This document shows, piece after piece, positions 53,309 through 64,000 of a stretch of 64,000 nucleotides of DNA; within the stretch, counting starts at the first letter, position 1; the number at the start of each line of letters is the position of its first letter. The DNA comes from Neoechinorhynchus agilis (taxonomy: Eukaryota; Animalia; Acanthocephala), in assembly GCA_051530055.1 (NCBI GenBank), contig CM121342.1, positions 902,797 to 966,796 on the forward strand, read 5' to 3'. The translations under genes were made by a program, and so were the position numbers. A model generated the notes under the pieces. It was not told the DNA's origin. It made no database searches and saw only the letters and a list, made by a program, of their open reading frames with translations.

Positions 53309-56300
53309 TTACCGGTTTCCTCCGATTCGCGGTGTTTTTGGTTCGGTCTCGTGTAAAGCGGGCGGTTCTCCATTATCAAATACGAACTTTCGAAGGCAAC
53401 CAAAAGCGCCCAAGTATCCCTAAAGATAAGTTCATTAGAGACATTTTTGCAGGCTTAGTTATACCTCGTGCCGTAAGAATATCGGTTTAATTTGCCTGCT
53501 TGACCAGAATCCCATTGCAAGAGATACTTGTTTTGGCGACAATTCGTTCAACCTGAGAAAACTGCCTACAAATATGATTTTATCCACATTTTGCGTCACT
53601 GCCGTCATATGAGCGATTGAGGTCAAGTTGTTTAAAATGGTCACAAGCACCGATCTAGCCAGGTCTTCTTTACTTGGTTTTGTCACTGATCCCGAGGCTA
53701 CGTTTCCGAAACTCGATGCGACTACTTGGCCAGCAAGGCCGAATCTCTCATAATCGCCACCGTAAATGTCACGGACGAGCTTATCTATCTCGACGGCAGG
53801 ACTCAGTTTAAAGCTGGACTTTTCTTTAACTGAGTCCTGTCGTGTCTTACAGTTTGACTATTGCCCGCCTCTGCAAGGCGAATCGCGTCCTCGTAGGTCT
53901 CACATCCAGTCAAAAGACGACAAAGACCAAGAAATGTTCCTCCGCCTATAGAACTGCCCGTCAATCGCTGATATTTGTACTGACTCTCGACAAGCAGTAC
54001 GCTAACACCGCTACCTGCGTTCACTAAGATGTATGGATATGGATTCTCAAATTCGAATCCGCGACTCTCTAGGTCGTCCGCTTCCGTGGCCTCGTTCATG
54101 TCTTCGTAGTAGTAACACTCGTCCGCAAAATTAGATGCTACATAGTGAATTCCTCGAATTAGAGTCGATAACTCGTCGCATTTGTGCCAATTAAGTTTCA
54201 TATTCTAAATTATGAACTCGTGATAAATAAAAGCTTTTCAGCGATGATAATTTGGTCCATAACGACGAGAATCGCACCGAAAAATCCACACTTCCAATTT
54301 CCTTTTGCAGACACAAAAAATCTGAATATATAAAGCGTGTACATTTTCCATTGAATCTAAAACTTTCGACCTTTTTCAGAAGAGCAATCCCTTCTAGTCC
54401 GCATTTTAGCTTAAACCATTAGTATTTTTCAAAAGAATAAAAAATCTTTTTAAATCGTGGTTAAAAGTGTACCTAAATTTACACTTAAACTTTCGATCAA
54501 ACATCGATTTTTTCACGTTAGAGTTAGCTCCAAATTGCGGTTAAAAGTTTTAAAACCCATTTAAAATTTAATTAAAAACTTATCGTATTTGTGCCATCGA
54601 CCATACGTGGCTCTCATCTGCATGCTCAACGGGGATGAAAACGTAAATAAACTGTCGAGAGATTATAGAACGCACTAAAAAATCTTTTGCATACAAGTTT
54701 TCTTTTTTAATATTATTTTAAAGGTCGTTTGATAACTAACAAACTAATGATGAACCCGTCGAGGTTGGCAGTACGTCTTTAAACTCTTTACCAGGTAAAG
54801 ACTTCTAAATAATACACTTCTAATCATGCGAATTGACTCGGGGGAAAGAAAGGAAAACAACAACCTAACAACTTAATCGACTAAAGTCACATAAACCAAA
54901 ATCAACTAACCGTCCAAAAACAATTTTACCACCCCTTACCTGAGATACACAAGGTTCGGTGAATTATTCTTCCTCTTTGATTCGAGGGGAAGAACGGAAA
55001 ACAACAAATCCAAATTAACCGACCAAAGTCACAAAAACCAAAATCAACTAACCGTCCAAAAACAATTTTAAAAACTCGTACCTAAGGTACCCAAGGTTCG
55101 GTAAATTATTCTTCCTCTTTGATTCGAGTGGAAGAACGGAAAACAAGAAATTCAAATTAACCGACCAAAGTCACATAAACCAAAATCAACTAACCGTCCA
55201 AAAACAATTTTAAAAACTCGTACCTAAGGTACCCAAGGTTCGGTAAATTATTCTTCCTCTTTGATTCGAGGGGAAGAACGGAAAACAACAAATCCAAATT
55301 AACCGACCAAAGTCACAAAAACCAAAATCAACTAACCGTCCAAAAACAATTTTAAAAACTCGTACCTAAGGTACCCAAGGTTCGGTAAATTATTCTTCCT
55401 CTTTGATTCGAGTGGAAGAACGGAAAACAACAGATCCAAATTAACCGACCAAAGTCACATGAACCAAAATCATCTAACCGTCCAAAAACAATTTTACCAA
55501 CCCTTACCTGAGATACCCAAGGTTGGTGAATTATTATTCTTACTCTTTGACTCGGGGGAAAGAAAAACAACAACCTAACAACTTAACCGACCAAAACCAA
55601 ATAAACCAAAATCAACTAATCGGTCAAAAACAATTTTACCAACCCGTAAATAAAGGAACCCAAGGTTCAGTGAATTATTCTTCCTTTTTTTAAATAAAAC
55701 GTGTTTTAATATAAACACACTTCCTGATAGCTTTAATTCACTGACCTCAATGATGTCCCTTTCGAACTTATAAGCTCCGCCACCAGTCACATAGACATCG
55801 AGAGTCAAAGTATGAAGATGCTTCTCGATGCACAATCTCAGGAAATCAGGCATAACGTCAGTAGGAAACCGGATGAAATGAATATTGCCCATTCGGCCTC
55901 TCAGGACGACATTCTTCATTTCCAAGTCAATATCCCGGACACCATCTCGTCCGTAAGCTCGGTTCATGGTTAGATACCGACGGATATTGCTTAAAATTTC
56001 TCCTTCATGCTTACATTCGACCTCGGATAAAGTCCCACATTTTCAAGTTGATAATTCGCTCCAAAATGAAAATGTGTTCCATAAGTCTAGAGGTTCAAAG
56101 TAGACCAGCTTTACAAGACTTCCTCCAATGTCCAGCCCGAACCATGGGAAAACTAAATGGACCGAGAGTGAGACGGTCTCCTGGTGATAAATTCTGGGCG
56201 TTGTCACTCACGGGGAATACTTTCTGTCATCGTGAGCTAGGAAATGGGCGATGTGTGTTTAGATCGAGTGAGAAAACAAATGACTCATTTCCCCAGTCAT

Positions 56301-56377
56301 TAGACAAAGACGAGGGGCGATGGCCTACCTGGAGGCGGTTGATGCCAGCTCGCAATTGTAGCTTGTAAATGACTCAT
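53309..56377 (-). CDS. PANK: Type II pantothenate kinase (fumble family)
   Basis: [88 protein letters not shown]. One stop-containing in-frame insert at 56031-56084. Confidence 0.92.
54830..55685. repeat. Tandem array, 142-bp unit x6, inside a PanK intron
   Basis: The CAAAATCAACTAACCGTCCAAAAAC motif (slight variants in the last two) recurs at 54897, 55039, 55181, 55323, 55465 and 55607. Confidence 0.95.
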
Positions 56378-57899
56378 TCCACTCAAATTTGACACTTTTA
56401 GTAACAATGGCGGTAAGCGGCGCAGAAACGATCTAACAATCATAACGGCACATCTGAAGCAAGAGAGAAGTTAGAGATTTATAAGACTTGCCGTTGAGCG
56501 CCTTTTAAACAAAAAGGAACGTATTTTGTGACGTGTCACTCATTGAACACGGAAGAAATCTCACATAATTGAACAGTTTTTAAATTGAACAGATTAAAAC
56601 TACGACGCTAATTGTGAAGTGGTGAATACAAACTCTCATGAACACGAGTTTCAACAGATCAATGAGAGTTAGAACGATCTCTAACTCGTGCTATGATTAT
56701 GACCGTGGAATTGAACATTTTGAGCCATTCGATCTGTGCTATTGTTTAAACTTTTTTTAAATTCAAATCCAAATTTATTTTGATGGTCTGAATGTAACAT
56801 ACACGCTCACAAACTGTTATATGCCTAGCCGTGTTATTTTTCCGTTTTAGTTTTCGGAAGATGCTGAGTTCGAAAATCGGACGAATGGAGCATCGAGAAA
56901 GTGTGTGACTGTGCAAGAATAAGCAGAATTCGTCGTAACGTAAATTTAAGGATTCTCTTATGCTTTCTGTAAAACCATTATTTTAAAAAATTGTCTAGAT
57001 GAGAAGAATATTACGCGAGAGAACTTTTTATCGGACATCCAACAAACGAATCAGCTCGTCGATTAAACAAATAAATGAGATGATCGTAAATAATACTTCC
57101 ATAATCTTTCTAAGGAATCTTTTTTGTTTTTCCCTCTCAAAATGGAACTATAATCTAAAAAGATTTAATGACTTTTATGAATGGATTTTACAAATACTTG
57201 ATAGTCAATTCGGAATGCAAGGCATAGCTTATGAAGAATAATCTGAAAACGGAATTTTCAATAAGATAAGAACTAAATCTGTGTACCTCAAACAGTTTTT
57301 CTAAGTTCGACACTCGATTGATGGGATATTTATTTCTGGTCTGATGGTTTAGTCTTAACCAATTAAAAATGCTTACTTGCAAGTACGTTTTACAAGTATT
57401 CGCCGACTATTTGAGCTTGGGTGCCACAGCATCATTTTTTTGAACGAGGAAATAATCGCAAGCGTGGACATGAATGCATTTAAAAATGATTCTATTCCTA
57501 AGCCAAAAAAACCCATTGAGAATTAGATAAGTTTTGCATCAAATTGTGCTCTCTAGTGATAAACACATTTCGGAAAAGTTGGTTATCGGTCACGACCGAA
57601 TCGATAAAAACCTAATGCTCACAAAACAAACTTTAAGCGTCGCCCTAGTTTGTGCATTTAAAATCTTTCTCGACCGCGATTCGATGGTTAATTATTTGCA
57701 CCGCGCTCAGTGTTTCTTAGTAATGACTATTGCTTGAGCGTCCAAAGAACGAATCCTTTGATCTATTAGAATAAATTCCGCATTAGGTTTACTCTAACTT
57801 AATAATTATTTTAATACAGAAACGAACTTTCAGATTGTCATACAGTTTTCTATTTGGTTACTTTTCTTTACATTCACCACCTCCCACCAAATTCCAGCT

Positions 57900-58030
57900 T
57901 TTGTCCTTCCTCGACCGTCGCCATCACGCTGGCAGCATTGCCCCGTTGTACTGCCAGCGAGATATTTTGTCGAAGAAATAAGCCTGCTCTTGAGTCTCCG
58001 GTTGCCTCTCTCAATAGTTCGATCCATAGA
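57900..58030 (-). mobile_element. CRE-clade retrotransposon extreme 3' fragment
   Basis: ELLREATGDSRAGLFLRQNISLAVQRGNAASV. Confidence 0.7.
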
Positions 58031-58576
58031 TTTTGTTCTCGACGTAACTGAGACTTTCTGTAGAAAAACTAAAAGGATCGTCACATAGCCAATTTAGTCA
58101 CACCAAACAATCGAATTTAGTGGAAATTTTAGCCGCTTTTATGAGCATTTGAACTAAGTTTGGCACCGGCTCTGATCAATCTTGTGATTTCCACTCTGAA
58201 TGCAACTTACCTTCAAGAAAGTTCAGAAACATCGTGATTTCTTCGTATTTCGAAACTCTACCAATAAATATTGGCAAAATAAATGTTACAATCTTTTATA
58301 CCCAGACAAGAACATAAGCAAGTAGTTGATTTTAATGTACGATTTAAGGCTTAGATTTGCGTATTTTAATCAAATGAATTTGATCAGTTGAAGTCTTCTC
58401 GAAAATGGCGATAGAAATCAGGATGTGCATTTTGTTCGCCATAAAGGATTCGTTGGCATTACCACCGAGACAACAACAAAAACTAAGCATCGCCTTAATT
58501 TTTCATTAATGAATTCAATAAAAAATCCACAGTGCCATGCACTTTAGGGGATTTTCCATGGTTGTTTGTTCAAATG

Positions 58577-59619
58577 TTATTTCTTTTCCTCCTTATCTTT
58601 AGTGTCATCTTGGGTACCCGGTGTCTGCGTGGTATTACTGCCAGAAGCCAAATTTCGGATAACCTCCAAAATCCCAGGATTCGTTTGGGAGAGTTGAGAA
58701 GCCAAACGTTGTCCAGCTTCAAAAAGGTCGCCAAGACCTTGCTGTGGCTGGTTAGGATCACTATTTGCATTTGTTTGAGTCGTGCTTCCTGTCAGGCTAC
58801 CGAGCATATTCGCCATTAGTCCTTGGACAGTAGGATTTTGAACGAATTGAGACGCCATTTCAGCCAGCGCTGGATTTCTCAGCAGGCTACCAATATCCAC
58901 ACCGGATTGTTCTGCTATGTTAGAGAAAGGACCTTGACGTTGAGGTTGAGCTTTGTTAAGAATTTCGAGGTTCTCTTGGGCGTTTTTGTTGTTTGGATCG
59001 AATCGAACTGCCGCCTCAAGGGCACTCCTTGCCTTATCGAGTTCTCCTTTCGTCATGAATGCCATTCTGTGGAAATGTGAGAGACTATTTGGTACAACTA
59101 ATACACATACCCGAGTCTTCCATGAGCTTTACTATAATCCGGCTTTAAAGAAATGGCTTGACTAGCATCGCGGATACACTCGTCCATCATCAATAATTTT
59201 GCATAGGCCGCAGAGCGGTTGCAATAATAGGCAGCTTCATAAGGATAAATTTTAATCGCATCAGTGTAATAATTTATCGCCTCCTGCGTATTTTCGTTCC
59301 GCATCTCTTCGTTTCCGAATTCCTTTAAACGTTCAGCCGTGGCACGGTTCGATTCTTTGTCATAAAATAAAGCCCGCATGTCGATCAAATCCCGTTGTGA
59401 GTCGACTGTCGGATTCACATTTAAAACAGAAGATAGGCCGTTATCGAGACATTGACGAGCCACTATTTCATTCTCGGTAACAAAAGATAGAACCACAACT
59501 TGCTCACCTCTTAAACTTCCACGTTGGGATTCTGTAAGGGTTGCATCGCATTCGTATTCACCAATCAAGGCGAGAAATGCTCGAATGATGCGAGCGTCCA
59601 CTGGCTGAGATGATTGCAT
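58577..59619 (-). CDS. SGTA: Small glutamine-rich TPR co-chaperone, 3 exons
   Basis: N-terminal dimerisation domain (IIRAFL..VARQCL), AERLKEFGNEEM..YYCNRSAAY..KAHGRLG TPRs and an NPALAEMASQ..NP Q-rich tail. Canonical introns. Confidence 0.9.
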
Positions 59620-59883
59620 CTGAAATGAGAACTTTCTAGTCTTTCTTCTTAGAACACTTCGATCGCATTTATATGATGCGGCGCTTTATAGCAGCTGTAC
59701 AGATTCTTGAGATAAAAATCACTTTCAATTAAAAAAGGAGACAGACTTCCGACGAGCGTTAGCGGCAGAGTGATGTGCAGAATTTCTGTACTCTTCATGG
59801 ATAAAGCTTTACTAGGAGCTTTTGCTTAAAAAACAACGCCGAAAAAGCTATTTAAGCATCGTTTTAGATCTTAAAAGAGCAGC

Positions 59884-62800
59884 TTACAAACGTTTATCCA
59901 ATTCTCGATCATAATCGTTTCTAAAACTGAGATGAACATATCGCCGCAGCTTGCTTAAGAGGTAAACACGACTTCCTGAGAATACATTGAACATGGTGTT
60001 TCGAAATTGTTCATAGGTCACACGGAGCGATGGATCGTTTGAATGGTATTGAGATATTACTGCGGTTCAATTGGAAGAAATAAACCTTTATAAAGCCGAC
60101 GAGGTTGCGAATTGAATTTTAAATGCTATCCTGATAGAAAATTAGTTTCAAAATAACTAAAACATCAATGAAGCTTGGCTTCAAAACAAAAGAATTTAAA
60201 TTTTTAATGTAACATTTGTCCACTCCAATGCGCGGTTTTAATTGAACCACAGCGCTTTAAAGCTTGAGAAAACTCTCGGTATAAATCCGTGTTTTTTCCG
60301 CCGAGAATTTGAATGACTTCGTTAATAAAACCACAAGAGCGCTCTCGAGTCTCATTATTTGTATCAGTGGATACAGAAGTTTTTTGTCGTTTTGCCGAAA
60401 GGACCACATTTCGGTTTTGAGGCCTTTTCCTCGCTTCCTCTAAGACGGACTCAAAGATCGATCCAGACGACCCACTGGAAATGGAGTTTGGAATTGTTTT
60501 TAAAACCGGTTTGTGGACTCTAATCTTCACAGGTATCTCAACTTCAGTCGAATCTGTTTCAGGAGACCTATGAATCTCTTCTTCGCCCGATTCCAAATCC
60601 TCTACGATTTTGATCTTTTCCTCGCTCGATACGCATTCTCGTTTAATGCGAAAAAACCTACATAGACTACCCACCACTTGTCCAAACTTCGTAGAAACTG
60701 CAAGCCACTTAACCAGCCATGCTGGAAGATTCCTTTGAACATGTTGACTAGTAAAGCGAGAATCACACAAAAGTACAGCCCCGTAGTCTCGACTATGACG
60801 TATCACTCGCCCAATAGCTTGATTTACAGCTCGAAATGCCTGTTGTTCGTACCATTCGGAACTTGTCAAATTTGCCTGCTCCTTTGACCGCCGATGATCA
60901 AGCCATTTCATCTTAAGTTCAATTCTGTGGTCCTTCCGAGGAGGATAAGGAAGACCGGTGACTACTATGGCTCTTGCTGCTTCATCAGCGAAATCGATTC
61001 CTTCACTGACTTTGCCGCGTGCTATAGCACACAGCACAGCTCCTCCGCGATCACTGATGGCTTTGTTATAAGCGGCCATTATGGCGGTCAACTCCAATTT
61101 ATCCCGTGGTTCAACGAATATTGGTCTACTGCGCTCCAGTTTAAATCGTAAACCAGTAGACGACCACGCATTCAAAATAGAATCCATTGCAGCGTATGAG
61201 GAAAAGAAAATCAATACTCCACCGGGGACAAACCTCAGCATATTGAGAATACATTGTCCTAAAGAATTTAAATACCTTGAATTAGTCCGCAATGCATAGG
61301 TGCAAGTAAGAGGCTGATTGTCGGGACCATTTGGGACGACTCTCGCAAGCAGTTGGGAACTTTCGATTGAGTGTGAGCACTGGATGCAGTTTTCAAAGGG
61401 GATTCCGAGTGAAGATGCAAATGAACCGATAGGTGTAAGAGTTCCACTTGTAATTATAATCGATCGAGCATTTATGGACCGCATCACGATACTCGCGTCC
61501 AGGCACCAAATGTGCAACGTACGTTCAAGCTGTCGAGTGGTCGGTAAATGGTCAAATCTAACCAATGTGTAGCGTTTGGTAAACCTCACAATGGAAAATC
61601 TAAAACTAAAAATAGAACTACAACTGTACATTATACATTTTGTAGAAATTACTGCTAAATTTCTTGCTATGCAAAAATAATATCCGCGATGTCAAGTGTG
61701 AGTGTCACTAGACAAAAAAGGATGATCTTTTTCGAGATCATGATGCAATTCTCTTGTTTGATAATTAAAAAAATTCTTTACCGAGTGAAGACCTAAATAA
61801 CATTTCTAGCCTACTAATAGGATCATCGTTAAGAAGTTTCCTGTCGAGCTAAATAAGATTAATGTTGATTAGTTATAAATTTAAAGGAGGACAGTTTAAG
61901 TAATTTTCCACCCGAATATTAGATTTAACGATTCTGAGCTGTCACTTATGAAAAACACAAAACTGCCAAACTCGCCATTATCGGTTGCACTCATCCATTC
62001 ATCGAATGAACCAAAGAAGGCAATCATTCGATTAAGTGCTACTTCTTTTCCCGTCAAGTGTGGGTCGCTCATTAAAACGTCCATTTGATCTGCGACGCCT
62101 CCGTGAATTCCGCAACGACCAAAAATTTTTTTTAGTTCGTCCATTGATCTTAAATCGTTGCCTTTAAGCTTTGTAAGTTCGTCTTTGAACCGTAAAAGAA
62201 CGTATCGAACGTCAGACAAGGCTATTTGACTTTCACTAGCCAGATTATATCCGAATTCTCTCAAGTGATCGATTTCATCAAGTGCATGGTCAACGTCCAT
62301 GAAAGATAGATCAGTGCTCGCTATTTCCTCGCAGACACTTTCAATGTTATGAGCCTCATCGAAAATTAATTGTTCAATGCCGATACCCAACTCACAATGA
62401 TTAAACAATTATAAAAGTATAATGAGCACGGTGTCTGGGTCCACTTGAGCTCCGGCATGAGTCTGCCTTATGTGACGGTCGAGAATGTAATTGTATGGCA
62501 TTAAAATCAATTTAGCCGATGAAAGCGATTGCTTCGATGAGTTTTCGTTTATTTTATCGGGTTCGGACGGTCGTGCAAGCTCACATGCACTTAGGTAAGG
62601 ACAAATTCCTTCAGACGAGCCAAGTTTGGTAAGGTCTTCAATATCAACTAGACATTTAGAAGTTAACTGAAGATAGCCTGGCGGTAAGACAGATTAAATC
62701 CCTTATTCAGGAAGTCTTCTCATAAAAGTTCTGGCTGCTTTTTTCGTACAGTCTCCAGTTTGAGGTAGTAAGAGCACGTTCGTCTTTTTATTCGTCGACG

Positions 62801-63178
62801 ACAAGCACTGATTTTCGCTTGTGATGATTTCAGTTTCATGACTTCAGCATTGACGCAAAGTTGGTCACGTGAAGCCAAAATGCACGACTTTACTCGTCCA
62901 GCATAAGAAGTTTTCCGAAGCTCTCGGAACACTTGCGACAGTTGGGAATGTGTACGACTCGTGTAGACAACACGAGACGATGTTGATCCATGTGATTGAA
63001 TCCATGCAAGAGATGCACACAAAAGGGACAAGGTCTTCCCGGTACCCGTCGGTGATTCCAATAAAGCATTCTGACTTCTTTGAATACTTTTCAACACTGC
63101 CGTCATATATTCCAATTGGCAGCCGTATGGATCATGCGGAAATTGAACCGTTACGCCGCAAAGACTTAAGGACGGCAT
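59884..63178 (-). CDS. RTEL1: Regulator of telomere elongation helicase 1 (Fe-S DEAH helicase, XPD/FANCJ family)
   Basis: FPHDPYGCQ..ALLESPTGTGKTLSLLC, YTSRTHSQL, LMPYNY, IFDEAHN, IIITSGTL, ARGKVSEGIDFAD, QAFRAVNQAIGRVIRHSRDYGA, and a harmonin-like tail. Middle and last junctions are uncertain. Confidence 0.92.
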
Positions 63179-63374
63179 CTTATCTGCAATTCAAACTTTT
63201 TTTAAGCAAAAATGAAAAACCGCTTGAGTTTCTTTCGTAGTTAATGCACTTTAACGTCATCAAAATGAACATTTAATTACTAATATGCAAAACAAATTGT
63301 TGTTTTAATTAATTCTAAAAAATGCTAAAGGCATGTATGGAGCGCTTGGCAACTCGGGACTTACTCTGCTCCAG

Positions 63375-63500
63375 GATCTCTAGAAGAAATTGAGAGAAAC
63401 GACCGGCGACGCACGAGCAGGTGTATTCCTGCGACAAAATATCTCGCGCGCAGTACAACGAGGCAATGTTGCTAGAGTGATAGAGACCGCCGAGTAAGAA
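63375..63500 (+). mobile_element. CRE-clade retrotransposon extreme 3' fragment
   Basis: KKLRETTGDARAGVFLRQNISRAVQRGNVARV; homologous to and inverted relative to 57900-58030. Confidence 0.7.
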
Positions 63501-64000
63501 GAGAAGCTCCAATTTCGCGGATGGTGGTGATTGCACGTTTTGTGCTTTATTATTGTAAAACCTAGAAAAAATAATTTCGATTTTGTATGCAAAACAAAAG
63601 CAACAAATTTCGCATCGAAAAAGTTTTTACTTTTTGTGTGATATGTTGCTTCTAAGATGGCTGATTTTTTTTGGAACTTGAATTGCCTATAAAACAACCA
63701 CGATGAAGAAAGTTCAATAAACACGTCTTTACTGAACGATTTGTGGCGGCCAGCAATACGCTTTCAATAAGCACGAGATTTTTGTCAGATTGGTGATATC
63801 ATCTCTAAAAAATCTGTAAGTCCTTCCAGATTACTATATGGTTGTTCTAGACTGAAACAAGTACTAGACTCCATCAATCAGAACCTTTGCCCTGGTTCAA
63901 ATTAAAGCCATTGCCCCGTCTTACTCCCCTTAGTTTTGTCATATGAAGTATTACAGCATATCAAGAAATTACCTCGAAATTCGTCCCCTCAATCCGAAAT

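Noticed and set aside
54830-55685. Regular array read as CRISPR
   Set aside because: Whole 142-bp units repeat with no unique spacers; eukaryotic intron; no cas genes.
56043-56045. Variant genetic code or selenocysteine as the explanation for in-frame TGA codons
   Set aside because: The other inserts contain TAA as well, some junctions need a frame change, and cyclophilin ends normally in TGA.
63900-64000. Possible RT-start fragment (EVLQHIKKLPRNSSP) at the window edge
   Set aside because: Too short and degenerate to call.

Overview
AT-rich eukaryotic genomic DNA from a compact-genome animal, probably an invertebrate. Most introns are 30-60 nt and GT-AG. Recognisable genes: a quiver/sleepless-like Ly6 protein, M1AP, WASP, a TSPN-containing collagen, the choline transporter SLC5A7, cyclophilin A, a KCTD-type BTB protein, Torsin, pantothenate kinase, SGTA and RTEL1, plus several orphan ORFs. 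Between them lie decayed mobile elements (two near-identical Penelope-like GIY-YIG copies with hammerhead-like termini, CRE-clade non-LTR fragments, a DD39D mariner fossil, a probable hAT fossil), fold-back MITE-like hairpins and local tandem duplications. The main unexplained signal: several otherwise intact conserved genes (PanK, RTEL1, KCTD, M1AP) are interrupted by 44-62 nt stop-containing inserts. These lack usable GT-AG ends, most are bounded by short direct repeats, and they fold into a 9-13 bp stem; the loop is exactly 21 nt in three cases. This points to a class of non-canonical stem-loop introns or DNA-level excised elements. All protein-family alignments were made by eye from remembered family motifs; no search or folding program was run.
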